Source of the DNA: an uncultured virus (IMG/VR IMGVR_UViG_2061766007_000307)
Lineage: Duplodnaviria; Heunggongvirae; Uroviricota; Caudoviricetes
Reading direction: 5' to 3' (one strand)
Virus record (IMG/VR): IMGVR_UViG_2061766007_000307
DNA: 64,000 nucleotides
Shown here: one piece after another, positions 8,570-19,091 of the stretch
Layout: the number at the start of each line of letters is the position of its first letter
Numbering within the stretch: the first letter of the stretch is position 1
Translations under genes and position numbers: made by a program
The notes under the pieces: model-generated
Seen by the model: the letters and a program-made list of their open reading frames with translations, nothing else
Told to the model about the DNA's origin: nothing
Databases searched by the model: none

Positions 8570-9319
8570 TTATTCCTGATATGGGACAGGATCTTTAAGA
8601 CCATTAACAGCAAAAGCTTCTAAGCGCTCTGTGCAGCTACCGCACTTTCCGCAGCTCTTTACTTCGTCGCTACCATCACCGCAAGGGATAGGATTGTAAC
8701 ATGTATGAGTATTTCTCAATACTTCTTCTCTTTCAGATTCAGTGAATCCCAAATGCTGCATTGCAGCAATACCAGATGCAAGAACAGCGCCTTTATCAAT
8801 ATTGACAAACGGTGCAATATAATCGACTCTCTCACTGCCCCAGTTTGAGAGGGCGTACAGCTCTCGTGCCATCTTTTGCGATGCTTCGCGACAATCGGGG
8901 TATATCGCGTGGTCCCCAGCGTGCAATCCCAAAGTAATCTTGACATCACTCTTAGTCTTGTTAGCCCAGCCCAAAGCCTTACCATAAATGATAGAAGAGA
9001 AAATGATATTACGGTTTTCAACAACAGTAGACTTCATATTCTCGTCAGCATAATGTCCTTCTGGAATAGCTTCGCCGCCTTTGTGCAGAGATGATGCAGA
9101 ATCCGAAAAACAATCGCGAAGATCAATGATCTGGTGTGAAACATTGAATCCTTTGTCCTGAAGGAACTTGATATTATTCTGGACCTTACGCAATTCAACA
9201 TCATGCTTCTGTCCATAGTTGAACGAGAATGCTCTAATTTCGTCGTAGCCGTTTGCAAGAAGATGCATCAACAGGCATGTGGAATCCAGTCCGCCGCTTA
9301 AACTTATAACTGCTTTCAT
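8570..9319 (-). CDS. queC: 7-cyano-7-deazaguanine synthase
   Basis: SGGLDS PP-loop, YGQKH, RN, YPDCR, TCY...CGKCGSCTER zinc site. Confidence 0.95.
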   Translation of the reverse strand: MKAVISLSGGLDSTCLLMHLLANGYDEIRAFSFNYGQKHDVELRKVQNNIKFLQDKGFNVSHQIIDLRDCFSDSASSLHKGGEAIPEGHYADENMKSTVVENRNIIFSSIIYGKALGWANKTKSDVKITLGLHAGDHAIYPDCREASQKMARELYALSNWGSERVDYIAPFVNIDKGAVLASGIAAMQHLGFTESEREEVLRNTHTCYNPIPCGDGSDEVKSCGKCGSCTERLEAFAVNGLKDPVPYQE

Positions 9320-9344
9320 ATATATTAATAATTAAATGTTATAG

Positions 9345-10106
9345 TCAATCCTCTAATATATAATCACAAGAATCTCTAGGATCTACCGAAATATTAGAGT
9401 ATCCTCCGCCCTTTATATCAGCTCCCTGGACCCCTACCCTATATCCATTGATATAAGTGTTATAGAACAATAGGTCTTTTGTTTCTATGTGACGCCTCAC
9501 GATATCATCGTTCATAATAGCAAAGTGCAAGCCGCTAGCCAGTAGACAATATATTCTATTTGTGCTATATAGCGCATAATTGCCATCGATCACCATGCCG
9601 TCATTGATACCTACGGCAAGTGTCATATGGTCGCATAGCTTATGCTTGATTGCGCTGTTGCTGAGCGAATCCGTGATATACCAATAATCGTCTCCCTTGC
9701 AATGTCTCAAGATATCTCCCAGACATGTGTAGACATATGTGTCATGTGTATGTCCGATGATTCCTGTGAGATGCCCATATTCTTTGACATGATAGAATAC
9801 AGACAGGAATGCATATCCTGCATTTCTAGCATAATGATACTTGAGATCTATAGGAACGATGTATGCTGTGCTGTCCGAAGGTTTTGTACATATAGCGATC
9901 ACATCAATATGATAAGTCTTCTGCAAGGTGATATCATCTGTGCTGTTCCCTGTTATAGGAACAGTGATACAGTCTTGAAGACCTAGGCGATCTTTCAGGA
10001 TGTTTTCAATAACTGGCATCCTTTTAGTAAAAAGGTTGTATTCACAAAGTCTATCTGTCTGTTGATGTTCTGCAGTCATGCTGCTGTAATCTTTGTAATT
10101 ATCCAT
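9345..10106 (-). CDS. Hypothetical protein, possible PD-(D/E)XK fold
   Basis: HIDV...PIDLK spacing; weak. Confidence 0.55.
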   Translation of the reverse strand: MDNYKDYSSMTAEHQQTDRLCEYNLFTKRMPVIENILKDRLGLQDCITVPITGNSTDDITLQKTYHIDVIAICTKPSDSTAYIVPIDLKYHYARNAGYAFLSVFYHVKEYGHLTGIIGHTHDTYVYTCLGDILRHCKGDDYWYITDSLSNSAIKHKLCDHMTLAVGINDGMVIDGNYALYSTNRIYCLLASGLHFAIMNDDIVRRHIETKDLLFYNTYINGYRVGVQGADIKGGGYSNISVDPRDSCDYILED

Positions 10107-10307
10107 TTAGATGTTCTTAATTATTAAATATACAAAGGGAACTATATACCTCGAACAATGAGGATTTGCTATATTGGTGTTTCATTGAATGACCAATACA
10201 TCGTCCAGCCAACATTAATCATGTTTCCCTGCGGGATATGAATTGTACGAGGTACAAGATTCGAATATAATCACAAACGATCATACATTTATATAATCAC
10301 AAAAGCC

Positions 10308-10841
10308 TCAGAGTATATCGCGAACTTCCATCAAAATAAATCCTAGCCTGTTCTCTCCCAGCCATTCAGAAGGGTGTACAGATTTTGGAGACCGCGCATC
10401 CAAGCCTATACCCCATCTCCTATCATATGGACTTGCTTCAGCCAGTATCATACCTCGAGTAGATACCAGAAGATCTTTCAGTTTCGGGTTCTGACTGAAC
10501 TTTGCAATATTACCTTTCAAGACTATATCATTGACAACAGTGTTCCATGTATTGTCATTGAAATTCCTGACTTTGCGTCCCAATGCCTTTATATTCTTGG
10601 GATCTGTTGTAGCCATGATCAAGTCGAAGGCAGCCTTATCATTGAACGCCATAGCCTTCATAGCCATCATATACTGTTCCATGCATACGTATTTCACGTT
10701 ATCTACAGTGAACTCGCTTATATACCATTGTGAAAAGGGTGCATACTTCCCATCTTTAGGATATGGACCCCAAAAGAAAGCAAAGGACAAGTGCTGCCCT
10801 TTGCGTTCAAGTTCAATAAGATCTTTGATTCTGTATTTCAT
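10308..10841 (-). CDS. NADAR (YbiA-like) family hydrolase
   Basis: FSQWY, EQYMMAMKA, KALGRKV, KFSQN, EASPYDRRWGIG, GENRLG. Confidence 0.93.
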   Translation of the reverse strand: MKYRIKDLIELERKGQHLSFAFFWGPYPKDGKYAPFSQWYISEFTVDNVKYVCMEQYMMAMKAMAFNDKAAFDLIMATTDPKNIKALGRKVRNFNDNTWNTVVNDIVLKGNIAKFSQNPKLKDLLVSTRGMILAEASPYDRRWGIGLDARSPKSVHPSEWLGENRLGFILMEVRDIL

Positions 10842-11275
10842 TATATGCTATTTTTTTCATGGATGATTTGTTTGATCAGGTTATCCATATCGATACCATC
10901 GATAAGACCCATGCGCTGCAGAAGCTTTGCACATTCGATCCAATCTACATTTTTATTGCTATCTAACGGGATGCCGAGTGCTCTGTCGTCAATATAGATA
11001 TCTGCATGGACCTTAGGGCTGTCCGAAAATTTAGCTCTCGGGTTCTCATTAATCCCATATAAAAGGATGTCGTGCTGTCTGAACCATTCTACTGCGTCAC
11101 TGAGGAAGGTGTATTTCTTGTCTCCGCAAGTATCAGAATCGCCTCTCATAGTATAAAGGATCAACTTATGGTTTTTTGCAAGATACCTTAAAACAGGTGC
11201 AGCACCTATCTCTTTTCCTACATGCGGAAAATCATGTTCGACACATGTTCCGTCAAAATCTACACAAATGTACAT
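10841..11275 (-). CDS. HAD-superfamily hydrolase (Bacteroidetes-type)
   Basis: VDFDGT, LYTMR, KVHADIYIDDR. Confidence 0.88.
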   Translation of the reverse strand: MYICVDFDGTCVEHDFPHVGKEIGAAPVLRYLAKNHKLILYTMRGDSDTCGDKKYTFLSDAVEWFRQHDILLYGINENPRAKFSDSPKVHADIYIDDRALGIPLDSNKNVDWIECAKLLQRMGLIDGIDMDNLIKQIIHEKNSI

Positions 11276-11321
11276 TGTCTTAAAACCAGATATAGATTAG
11301 AGAATTATATACTTGTTATTG

Positions 11322-12547
11322 TTATTTACAAGATTTACTATATTGACGTTTCATCGGGTGTCCAATGACATTGCCCTCACCGTCCTTAATCCCACTTCCC
11401 GACGGGATTTTATTTTCGATTGCATCCAGGGCTTGCGGATGCAGACCAAACTGCAATATATTCTTTGCAGCGTTCACGTCCCTATCATGGTGTTCGCCAC
11501 AAACAGGACATGTCCACTCTCTTACATTGAGGTTTTTGACATCCTTGTTCTGATAGCCGCACTTGTGGCATATCTGGCTAGATGGATCAAAGCGACCTAT
11601 AAACACAACGTTCTTGCCATACCATTCGCTCTTGTATGTAAGCTGCCTTACAAACTCTCCCCAAGAAACAGACTGTATAGCTCTCGCAAGATGATGGTTC
11701 TTCAACATACTGTCAACATTAAGGTCTTCCAGACATATTGTGTCGAATCTCTTCACAATATGTCTGTGGATAATTTGTGAAGATAATCCGACCTTTGGTT
11801 GGCTATCTTTCTGTGTTGCCTTGCAACCTTTAGCCTCATTTCTTCATGACGCTTTGACGTCTTTTCAGTCCTTGCGAACTTCTGCTGAAGCTTTTTCAGT
11901 TTCCTTTGGCCACGTTCAAAGTACTTCGGATTACTATATTTCGTACCGTCAGACAATGTAGCAAAGTCCTTTATTCCCAGGTCGATTCCAACAGCAGTTT
12001 CCTCTTGTATCTTGGCTTTCGATACATTCGGCTTGCCGTCGTCGACTACGATGGAACACCAGTAATCTCCACATTTGTCTCTTGATACAGTCAACGTGCC
12101 AATCTTGCAAGTTGAAAGGTCAAACTCTTGGTTGTGACACAGTTTCATCCACCCTATCTTTGGTATCTTCACCTTGTTCTTTTCGAAGTCGAAATGAACA
12201 CTATTGATGAACTTGCACACGTCCTTTGAGTGCTTCTTTGACTTAAACTTAGGGAATCCTTTCTTTGACTTGAAGAACTGCGTGTATGCATTGTCGAGAC
12301 AGCGCAATGACTGCTGTAACGCTTCATTTGTACAATCATTGAGCCATTTATACTCTTCAGTATGTTTAAGCAATGTCAGTTCTTTTGCGAGTTGCAGGTA
12401 CGTTACGTTTTTCTTTGTTTCTTTGTATGTCTCAACTTTTCGGTCAAGTCCCCAATTGTATATAAAACGAGCACAGCCGAAGAATTGAGACAGCATGATC
12501 TGCTGCTTCACTGTCGGTTTTATTTTGTATTTGTACGCTCGTTTCAT
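11322..12547 (-). pseudogene. tnpB: TnpB family 2, frameshifted by a 2-nt insertion near 11758
   Basis: MKRAYKY...GIDLG...LHKLSTD in one frame and [11 protein letters not shown]...CPVC...DRDVNAA in the next; GAC-AT-ATT-GTG junction; 3' end differs from family 1 (ATGAAACGTCAA). Confidence 0.85.
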
Positions 12548-12558
12548 AATAGATGATT

Positions 12559-12803
12559 GTGAACTACTCATGAACTAAAGATTCATGTGCTTCAGATTTC
12601 AACGGGATGTTTGCGTTGCGTACAGACTAGCTTTTCAGTTGGTCTAGACTCCGTCTTATTAGTCCATCCTTCCGTATAATCGATCGTTCCAGTCGATGTT
12701 GTTTTATCAACACTGTAAAGATACAATGATGATTTTACATTTACAAGAAATTTTGGACTTTTTGTGTGATTCATCACAGAAACTGAAGATTTCAAGGTTT
12801 TTC
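12559..12803 (-). mobile_element. Non-autonomous cassette: left-end hairpin, TATCTTTAC promoter-like motif, omegaRNA, right end
   Basis: Homologous to 12810, 37235 and 38722; right end lies 11 nt upstream of the family-2 tnpB ATG. Confidence 0.85.
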
Positions 12804-12809
12804 ATAATT

Positions 12810-13036
12810 GTGAACTACTCATGAACTAAAGATTCATGAGCTTCGGATTTCAACGAGATGTTTGCGTTGCGTACAGACCAGCTTTTCAGTTGGTTTAGAC
12901 TCCGTCNNNNNNNNNNNNNNNNNNNNNNNNNNNNNNNNNNNNCTGTAAAAATACAATGATGATTTTATATTTACACGAAATTTTGAACTTTTTGTACGAT
13001 TCATCCCCGAAACTGAAGATTTCTGGGTTTTCTCGT
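12810..13036 (-). mobile_element. Second tandem non-autonomous omegaRNA cassette (internal gap)
   Basis: Same layout; TCAT precedes ACGAGAAAACCC left end. Confidence 0.82.
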
Positions 13037-13126
13037 ATGATTCATATAAATCGTGTGTTATTCTGAAAAATCAAGAAAACTTGATTTTTATTGACTTAGG
13101 GACAACAAGTATATAGTTCCCTAACC

Positions 13127-13801
13127 CTACTTGATACCTATCACAAGTGCGGCCTCTTTGAATCTTCGTGATTTATACTTTCCATAAAATGCGCGGTCTG
13201 CAAGTATATCATACAGCATCTTGTCATCTACATGTTCTGCAAGTTCCGGGAAGGTACCTAAGATTCCTGTCTTTTTATTGACAGACCCTATACCACATTG
13301 ATAAGCCCAAGACATAAGGGCCGCTTGTGCGCATGGGCTGAGATATTTTGTATCAGGTATGTACTTCTTGGCTGAAGTGTGTATCATGTCTATGGTTTTG
13401 GATAAGATGTGATCAGCTTTCGCTTTGGTTATAGTGTCACCCCAGACATAATATGATGTATCTTTGATGTATCCTCTCTTATAGAGTTCATCAAGACAAC
13501 ATTTTGTCGTACCCCATCCTATTGTGGGTACGCCATTAGAGCACTTGTAGACAGTGTCTCTATACCCTTCGAACTGTTTGATTGCCGCGATTGCAGCTCT
13601 TTTGTCCATGTTATGGATGCTGCGTGTCTCTACGTAAGTATCTTCTACAATTGTAGTGTCTGTTTCAAATGAGCTTATAGAAGCTTCATTGTTACTTGCT
13701 GTACATCCATGTGATGCAAAGATAGTAAGAATAACAGCAACAAAGGCTGCGACTTTAGCACATAGATACTTCATCTTGGTGTTTTCTGTTTTGTTAGTCA
13801 T
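13127..13801 (-). CDS. GH24 phage lysozyme with N-terminal hydrophobic anchor
   Basis: IKQFEGYRDTVYKCSNGVPTIGWG catalytic motif, C-terminal RRxxEA. Confidence 0.85.
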   Translation of the reverse strand: MTNKTENTKMKYLCAKVAAFVAVILTIFASHGCTASNNEASISSFETDTTIVEDTYVETRSIHNMDKRAAIAAIKQFEGYRDTVYKCSNGVPTIGWGTTKCCLDELYKRGYIKDTSYYVWGDTITKAKADHILSKTIDMIHTSAKKYIPDTKYLSPCAQAALMSWAYQCGIGSVNKKTGILGTFPELAEHVDDKMLYDILADRAFYGKYKSRRFKEAALVIGIK

Positions 13802-13888
13802 TGTATGTGTTATTTTTGTTATGTGCTAAAAATACTAACAATTTAATTAGCATCCACGCATTTGTGTTGAAATTTTTATATAAAGCAA

Positions 13889-13919
13889 GCTTGCATGCTC
13901 TATAACAGAGCATGCAAGC
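13889..13919. terminator. Hairpin
   Basis: GCTTGCATGCTCT-ATAAC-AGAGCATGCAAGC. Confidence 0.6.
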
Positions 13920-13942
13920 CATAAACATATGGAAAAATCACA

Positions 13943-15307
13943 TCAAATAGACTTCAACAAATCCCAGATTCGATCTTCAACTGAAAGGTTTCCTTTCAAT
14001 GTGACAACAGGGCGTCCTGCAACATCCAGACCCTTAATGACGTCTGCAAAAATTCCATGCATGGTCTTCTGGACCTCTCTGTCTGTAATGCGCTTGCCGT
14101 CGTCTTCTATTTCAGGATTATCCAATGGATGCACCCATGCAATAGATGAGATATTAGTACAGAACATATTGAAAGCTTCTCTGAACACTTTCACTTGAGT
14201 CTCATTATTGTCGTATATTGCGTATGCAATATTGTCGATCAGACATCTATCCAAAATGATATTATCACTGAAGCGCATGTATGCAGCCATAAGATTACAG
14301 CCTGTATACAGTGCAGTGGCAAGACCTGCCTTTTCTGGATCGCGATAGTCACATATCTCATGGATAGCAGGATATTTCAAATAAGCTCCCCTACCATTCA
14401 GAAGGTCAGTGAGTTCTTTCGCTGTAGTAGTCTTTCCAGCTCCAGCAGCACCTACAAAAGCAATCTTAGCATAGCCTGTAGTCAAATCACATATTGTGTT
14501 CTTGAATGTCCTGATATTGGCAAGGATGACAGCTTCAGCTTTATCTGTAGTATCTACAGGACAGTCTACAATATTGATAGAAGGCTTTCCCTGGATAAAT
14601 CTCTTGTCATCTCCTACTTCGAGAGACTGGAAGTTATCGCATCCCAACAATACAGGATATGATGTGTCAATAGAGATGATATTCTGGCAGATACGTATAA
14701 GATCTCTGTGATCCTGGATCTCATTAGCATCGGCAAGGCCTAGCAGATGCACTGATTTATCCCAGCACCATTTGCCATGGGATACACAATAAGCTATCAA
14801 GCTTGCACGATCGAATCCATTGAACTGGTATGGTATACCTATGACGTCAACATACATGTCTGTATTCATAAGTTCGATCATATCAGCGATCTCCTCGATA
14901 GTATTGCCATGAGGGATAACCATGAGCAAGGTGCTGCTGTCGTTAGGCAATAGCATACGGGCAGCGGATTCAGCCCATGTTGAATTATATTCGTCGAAAT
15001 TGACATCTGCCATGACAATATCAGGCTTGTTCTTGACGATGTAATTCACATATGACGTCATGCTAGGCATCATACCTTTGATCTTATACTCAAAATATGA
15101 ATTGTCGAACATTGTGATAGTATTGTCGTCATTGCAGGCCTTTTCAAATTGTGCACTTTCGACATCAGAGAAATACAACAAGAAATATTGGCCGCCTTTC
15201 TCATACTGCTTCAAATGAATGACATGTTTTGGAAAATCAATAAAGACATCCAAACCTTCACCTTTTCGGTCAGCATATAAATATTTTTCTTTTACTATTC
15301 TTTTCAT
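13943..15307 (-). CDS. TGT-like TIM-barrel domain fused to a P-loop nucleoside/nucleotide kinase-like domain
   Basis: MFDNSYFE, VIPHG, HLLG, SIDTS in the N-terminal part; GAAGAGKTT, LDRCLID, EDDGKR in the C-terminal part. Confidence 0.65.
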   Translation of the reverse strand: MKRIVKEKYLYADRKGEGLDVFIDFPKHVIHLKQYEKGGQYFLLYFSDVESAQFEKACNDDNTITMFDNSYFEYKIKGMMPSMTSYVNYIVKNKPDIVMADVNFDEYNSTWAESAARMLLPNDSSTLLMVIPHGNTIEEIADMIELMNTDMYVDVIGIPYQFNGFDRASLIAYCVSHGKWCWDKSVHLLGLADANEIQDHRDLIRICQNIISIDTSYPVLLGCDNFQSLEVGDDKRFIQGKPSINIVDCPVDTTDKAEAVILANIRTFKNTICDLTTGYAKIAFVGAAGAGKTTTAKELTDLLNGRGAYLKYPAIHEICDYRDPEKAGLATALYTGCNLMAAYMRFSDNIILDRCLIDNIAYAIYDNNETQVKVFREAFNMFCTNISSIAWVHPLDNPEIEDDGKRITDREVQKTMHGIFADVIKGLDVAGRPVVTLKGNLSVEDRIWDLLKSI

Positions 15308-15330
15308 GACGTTAATTAATTGATAAATAA

Positions 15331-15753
15331 TTAGATATCTGTAGATTGCTCTTGAGATACCCAGCCACTCAAAGCTTCGTCTTCAGTTACATCGAACGGA
15401 AGAATCACTGGACCCATGCTCAAAATATAAGAATCTTCGCGCTGTGCATAGTATGCTTTTGATGTCATTACCTGAAGAGGAGACATCAGCATCTTGACAG
15501 GAGCGTTGATAATAGATTCTATATCAAGAGACAAGTCGCATCCCATTGTGGCTTTCTTTGATGTGAAATGAGCACCTTCTATGAACTTATGCACTGCAGG
15601 GAAATCTGTCATATGCATATATGAAACATATAAGTCGCTCAAACCTTTGTTCCCTACTAGCAGGTCTGCTAGTTCCTTGACGCTGAAGCGTCGGTGTAAT
15701 TCACCAACGCGTTCAGTTTCAGGAGATATAAATAGACATTTTACAGGATTCAT
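15331..15753 (-). CDS. Hypothetical protein
   Basis: Co-oriented ORF with ATGA overlap. Confidence 0.65.
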   Translation of the reverse strand: MNPVKCLFISPETERVGELHRRFSVKELADLLVGNKGLSDLYVSYMHMTDFPAVHKFIEGAHFTSKKATMGCDLSLDIESIINAPVKMLMSPLQVMTSKAYYAQREDSYILSMGPVILPFDVTEDEALSGWVSQEQSTDI

Positions 15754-16247
15754 GACTTACAAGCAGCAGTTATGTTTTCGATTGTGTTCAGTACTGGCTG
15801 TAGCTCAGAAAGAAGGCTCTTGATCTCTTCGTCTTCTGTTGTTTCAAGATAAGACTTCATCTCGAATGTATGAGATACAAAAGCTGCTAAGTCGAACAAG
15901 TATGCGATGACATCTTCGTTCTTCTGGAAATCTTCATTAAAAGTAAGGGCATCTGCCAGCTTGCCTGTGATTTCATCAGACCATCCAGAAAGGATGACAT
16001 CACGGTCCATAGTGAACAGTGCCGATAGCATGTCAACTACGGCCATATCTTCAGATTTCTCTCCTAAGATAACTGTGCATATAGTGTTCAAGCGGTCTTT
16101 AAGCTGACTTGCAAAAGGCCATACGGTTTCCTCAGGCTTCTTGGTGATATTGTCATCAACAATAGTTGATGTCTGCTTCAAGCGATCGATCAATTCTAAA
16201 ATTCTTGATTTCGCTTCTGTTGGTTGTGGATTATTAACGTTTTCCAT
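15750..16247 (-). CDS. Hypothetical protein
   Basis: Co-oriented, tightly packed ORF. Confidence 0.7.
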   Translation of the reverse strand: MENVNNPQPTEAKSRILELIDRLKQTSTIVDDNITKKPEETVWPFASQLKDRLNTICTVILGEKSEDMAVVDMLSALFTMDRDVILSGWSDEITGKLADALTFNEDFQKNEDVIAYLFDLAAFVSHTFEMKSYLETTEDEEIKSLLSELQPVLNTIENITAACKS

Positions 16248-16259
16248 TTGATATAATTT

Positions 16260-16793
16260 TTATTGTTTAGTTTTCTTGTTTTGTTCATACAGCGACATTG
16301 CTACGTATTCTGCTAGAATAGGCAGCTCGATCTCTACAATAGTGTCTTTGTCAGAACACTCTGCTCCAGTAAGATCGCTGATGAGCTTCTTGACACTAGT
16401 GACATGTCTGAGGCTATATGTCAAGACAGGCTCTGTCTTAGGTGTATAAGTCTTGCTAGCAAGTTCAGTATTCTTCTTGCGTATCATACTGCCGATAGCA
16501 CGAGCATCAGCCGGAGCAAGGCTATTGAAGTTGAAGTTCTTCAAGATGCATGAAGGGAATATCAGAGACCCTATAGGATTGGTGAACATGTATGACTTGA
16601 CATCTCCGTGCATCTTTGCAAGATTGTCGATATCTTCAAGATCTCTCTTCATCTTGCATACACGAGAAATACCTATAGGAAGGATCGTGTACCAACTTGA
16701 TTCTACAGGAATGCTATTGCCTGCAGAAACTGTTTCATTCAAAGATTGTTTGATCTTCGAAGCGTTTTCTTTAGTAATAGAAAATTTGTCCAT
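16260..16793 (-). CDS. Hypothetical protein
   Basis: ORF with GTGATTATA motif upstream at 16888. Confidence 0.7.
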   Translation of the reverse strand: MDKFSITKENASKIKQSLNETVSAGNSIPVESSWYTILPIGISRVCKMKRDLEDIDNLAKMHGDVKSYMFTNPIGSLIFPSCILKNFNFNSLAPADARAIGSMIRKKNTELASKTYTPKTEPVLTYSLRHVTSVKKLISDLTGAECSDKDTIVEIELPILAEYVAMSLYEQNKKTKQ

Positions 16794-17029
16794 ATGTCGA
16801 AATAAAAAAATTATATTTTAAGATGCACAACCGCATCGGATATACTCTTTACAGATACATTCCAATTTGTAAGGAACTTTCTTTGTATATAATCACCGCT
16901 AGCGGATAGATTTTACACTTCAAGCGAATAATAATGTTTCTATGATACATTTTGCGTCTTGACAAACAATGCGCACTCGTCTCTCACAGACAAGTACGCA
17001 CAATAAATATTTTGGACATTAGTTATGAT

Positions 17030-17389
17030 TCAATCTGACTTCAGGCATCTGCAAGCATCTGGAGCATATAGTACTTTCAGATCCCTTTCGCGGGCCACAG
17101 CGAGCTCGCATCTGCATCCAGGACTATTCAGATAGCCTGCACACATGTATATATAATCACACCTTAAAAGCATTTCTATATCCTGACCCATGTACCAAGC
17201 CCAGTCATGATCAGCTTTTTCAGTGCGTCCGTTACAATCAAACTTGTCGATGTCTACTGGAGAGACTATTTCAATGTTTCCATCGAACATATCCATCAAA
17301 TGCTTTACTGCAGCATCATGCCTGAGCACTACAGTATCTTCGAAACCTCCTATAGGCAGACTTATATATACCTTTTTCATATTACACAT
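17030..17389 (-). CDS. DUF4406-like (nucleoside deoxyribosyltransferase-fold) protein
   Basis: KVYISLPI, DIEMLLRCDYIY, SPGCRCE. Confidence 0.8.
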   Translation of the reverse strand: MCNMKKVYISLPIGGFEDTVVLRHDAAVKHLMDMFDGNIEIVSPVDIDKFDCNGRTEKADHDWAWYMGQDIEMLLRCDYIYMCAGYLNSPGCRCELAVARERDLKVLYAPDACRCLKSD

Positions 17390-17392
17390 GTA

Positions 17393-19012
17393 TTAGCTGA
17401 TATAATTTCTAGTGACATCGACCATAGAGTATCCTGATGATTTAGATACGTGCATGACACTGTCGAACAAAGTATCGTCAATCTGTGCATGATGCACTAT
17501 ATACATTCCTATATGGCGATGATGAGTATACCTGCGGAGCAGCTTCACTATGTCACATATAGCATAGATGTCTACCTGTGCAAGGCTTTCATCGATAAAG
17601 CACACATCGACTTCGCTTGATGTCGTCATAAACGTATCCAATAGAGCAAGCTTTATAGCAAAATCAACCTTCTTCTGCTCGCCGCTGCTCAATACAGAGA
17701 CATCCATATTCCTTCCTGTCGCTGTTATTGTATAGTCTGCATTGAAGCTGATCTTAGTGCCTATGATATTGGAAGCATGTTTTGAAATGATATCAAGATG
17801 CATACCCACAACCTGGAGGATACAATTGGAATCTTTCCTTGTCGTCTCATAGATAGTATTCATGATGCAGCACTTCTTAGTATCTTCTTCAACTTTAGAC
17901 TGAAGATCAGCTATATCTTTCTCTATACGGGAAATACTGTCTGCAGATGCCTTGCGTATAGAGCTGTTCCTTTCTAGAGAAGCCAACTTCACACGGAGAT
18001 CAGTGACCTCAGTATTGATAGAAGTCAGCCTGCTGCATATATCAGCATATACAGCATTCTCTTCAGTCTCCTTCTGATGCAGCTCATCGTATTCAGCCTT
18101 AGAAGATTCCCACCGGCCTAACACATCAGTATATTCTGCCTTATAGTCTGCTATGATAGCTTTCTTGATAGCGTCTGTGACAGCCTGCCTGCATGTAGGG
18201 CAGGTATTCATCGAACTGACAGCATTGGCTCTATTGATGAGATCTTCTTTGCGTGCATTCAATACAGATGCATTGTTGCTAAGCGTAGTCAGTGCAGACC
18301 TGTATTTATTGAGTGCGTCTATAGATGCTTTCTGCTTGGTGATGATATCTTCGTACTCCATCCTGAGGGTATCGATGGATGCGTTTATTTCTGCAATATC
18401 CTTATCATTGCATTGTGAATCATGTTCCACAACATCCATAATATTGGCTATGTTGTTCTTATATCCGTTTATGAGAGTCTTCATTGTCTCTATATTGGAC
18501 TTTGTAGCATTGAGGTATTGCTTGGCTTTGTCGTTGACAGCTTTGATGATATCCATTCCCATGACAACTTCGACAATTTCTTTGCGCTTTGCTGGAGTCA
18601 TCGATGTTATACAGCTCTCTCCTGAGAATGTCATAAGGAATGACGCTATGTTGTAACGCATGCCTATCTTCTTGATTATAAATGCATTAGCAGATGCTAC
18701 TGAAGGGAACGAAAGTCTTTCTCCGTCATATTTGACCTCTAATGTCTTCATAGTCCTCTCAATAACCATCTCTATCCCTCCAGATAGAGATATACAAACC
18801 TTGACCCAACATTCACCATTAGTAGATACATTCGTGATATCTGCTTTCTTATAGTTACACTTGCCCCAGATACCCCAAAGCAGGGCATTCATAATAGTGG
18901 ACTTGCCGCTACCATTGATGCCGTCTATCAGGTTTATACCTTCAGCAAATGAGATCGCTGTCTCATAGTTGGGAAAAGATCTGAAATTCTTTATGTGTAA
19001 AGATTTGATCAC
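17393..19012 (-). CDS. gp46/SbcC/Rad50-like recombination ATPase
   Basis: IKNFRS, GINGSGKS, coiled coil with CPTC hook, LSSGE, FIDE, IVHH. Confidence 0.92.
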   Translation of the reverse strand: MIKSLHIKNFRSFPNYETAISFAEGINLIDGINGSGKSTIMNALLWGIWGKCNYKKADITNVSTNGECWVKVCISLSGGIEMVIERTMKTLEVKYDGERLSFPSVASANAFIIKKIGMRYNIASFLMTFSGESCITSMTPAKRKEIVEVVMGMDIIKAVNDKAKQYLNATKSNIETMKTLINGYKNNIANIMDVVEHDSQCNDKDIAEINASIDTLRMEYEDIITKQKASIDALNKYRSALTTLSNNASVLNARKEDLINRANAVSSMNTCPTCRQAVTDAIKKAIIADYKAEYTDVLGRWESSKAEYDELHQKETEENAVYADICSRLTSINTEVTDLRVKLASLERNSSIRKASADSISRIEKDIADLQSKVEEDTKKCCIMNTIYETTRKDSNCILQVVGMHLDIISKHASNIIGTKISFNADYTITATGRNMDVSVLSSGEQKKVDFAIKLALLDTFMTTSSEVDVCFIDESLAQVDIYAICDIVKLLRRYTHHRHIGMYIVHHAQIDDTLFDSVMHVSKSSGYSMVDVTRNYIS

Positions 19013-19091
19013 GTCGATAAAGTGTTAAAATATACTTCTTGTGATATATAATCACATGAATATACCGAAATGTCCTTTTTAGTATGTTTCA

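Noticed and set aside
12592..12795. Short ORFs inside omegaRNA cassettes (also 186-371, 37259-37549, 37753-37944, 38891-39103)
   Set aside because: Translations of repeat RNA that echo the TnpB tail; frames not conserved between copies
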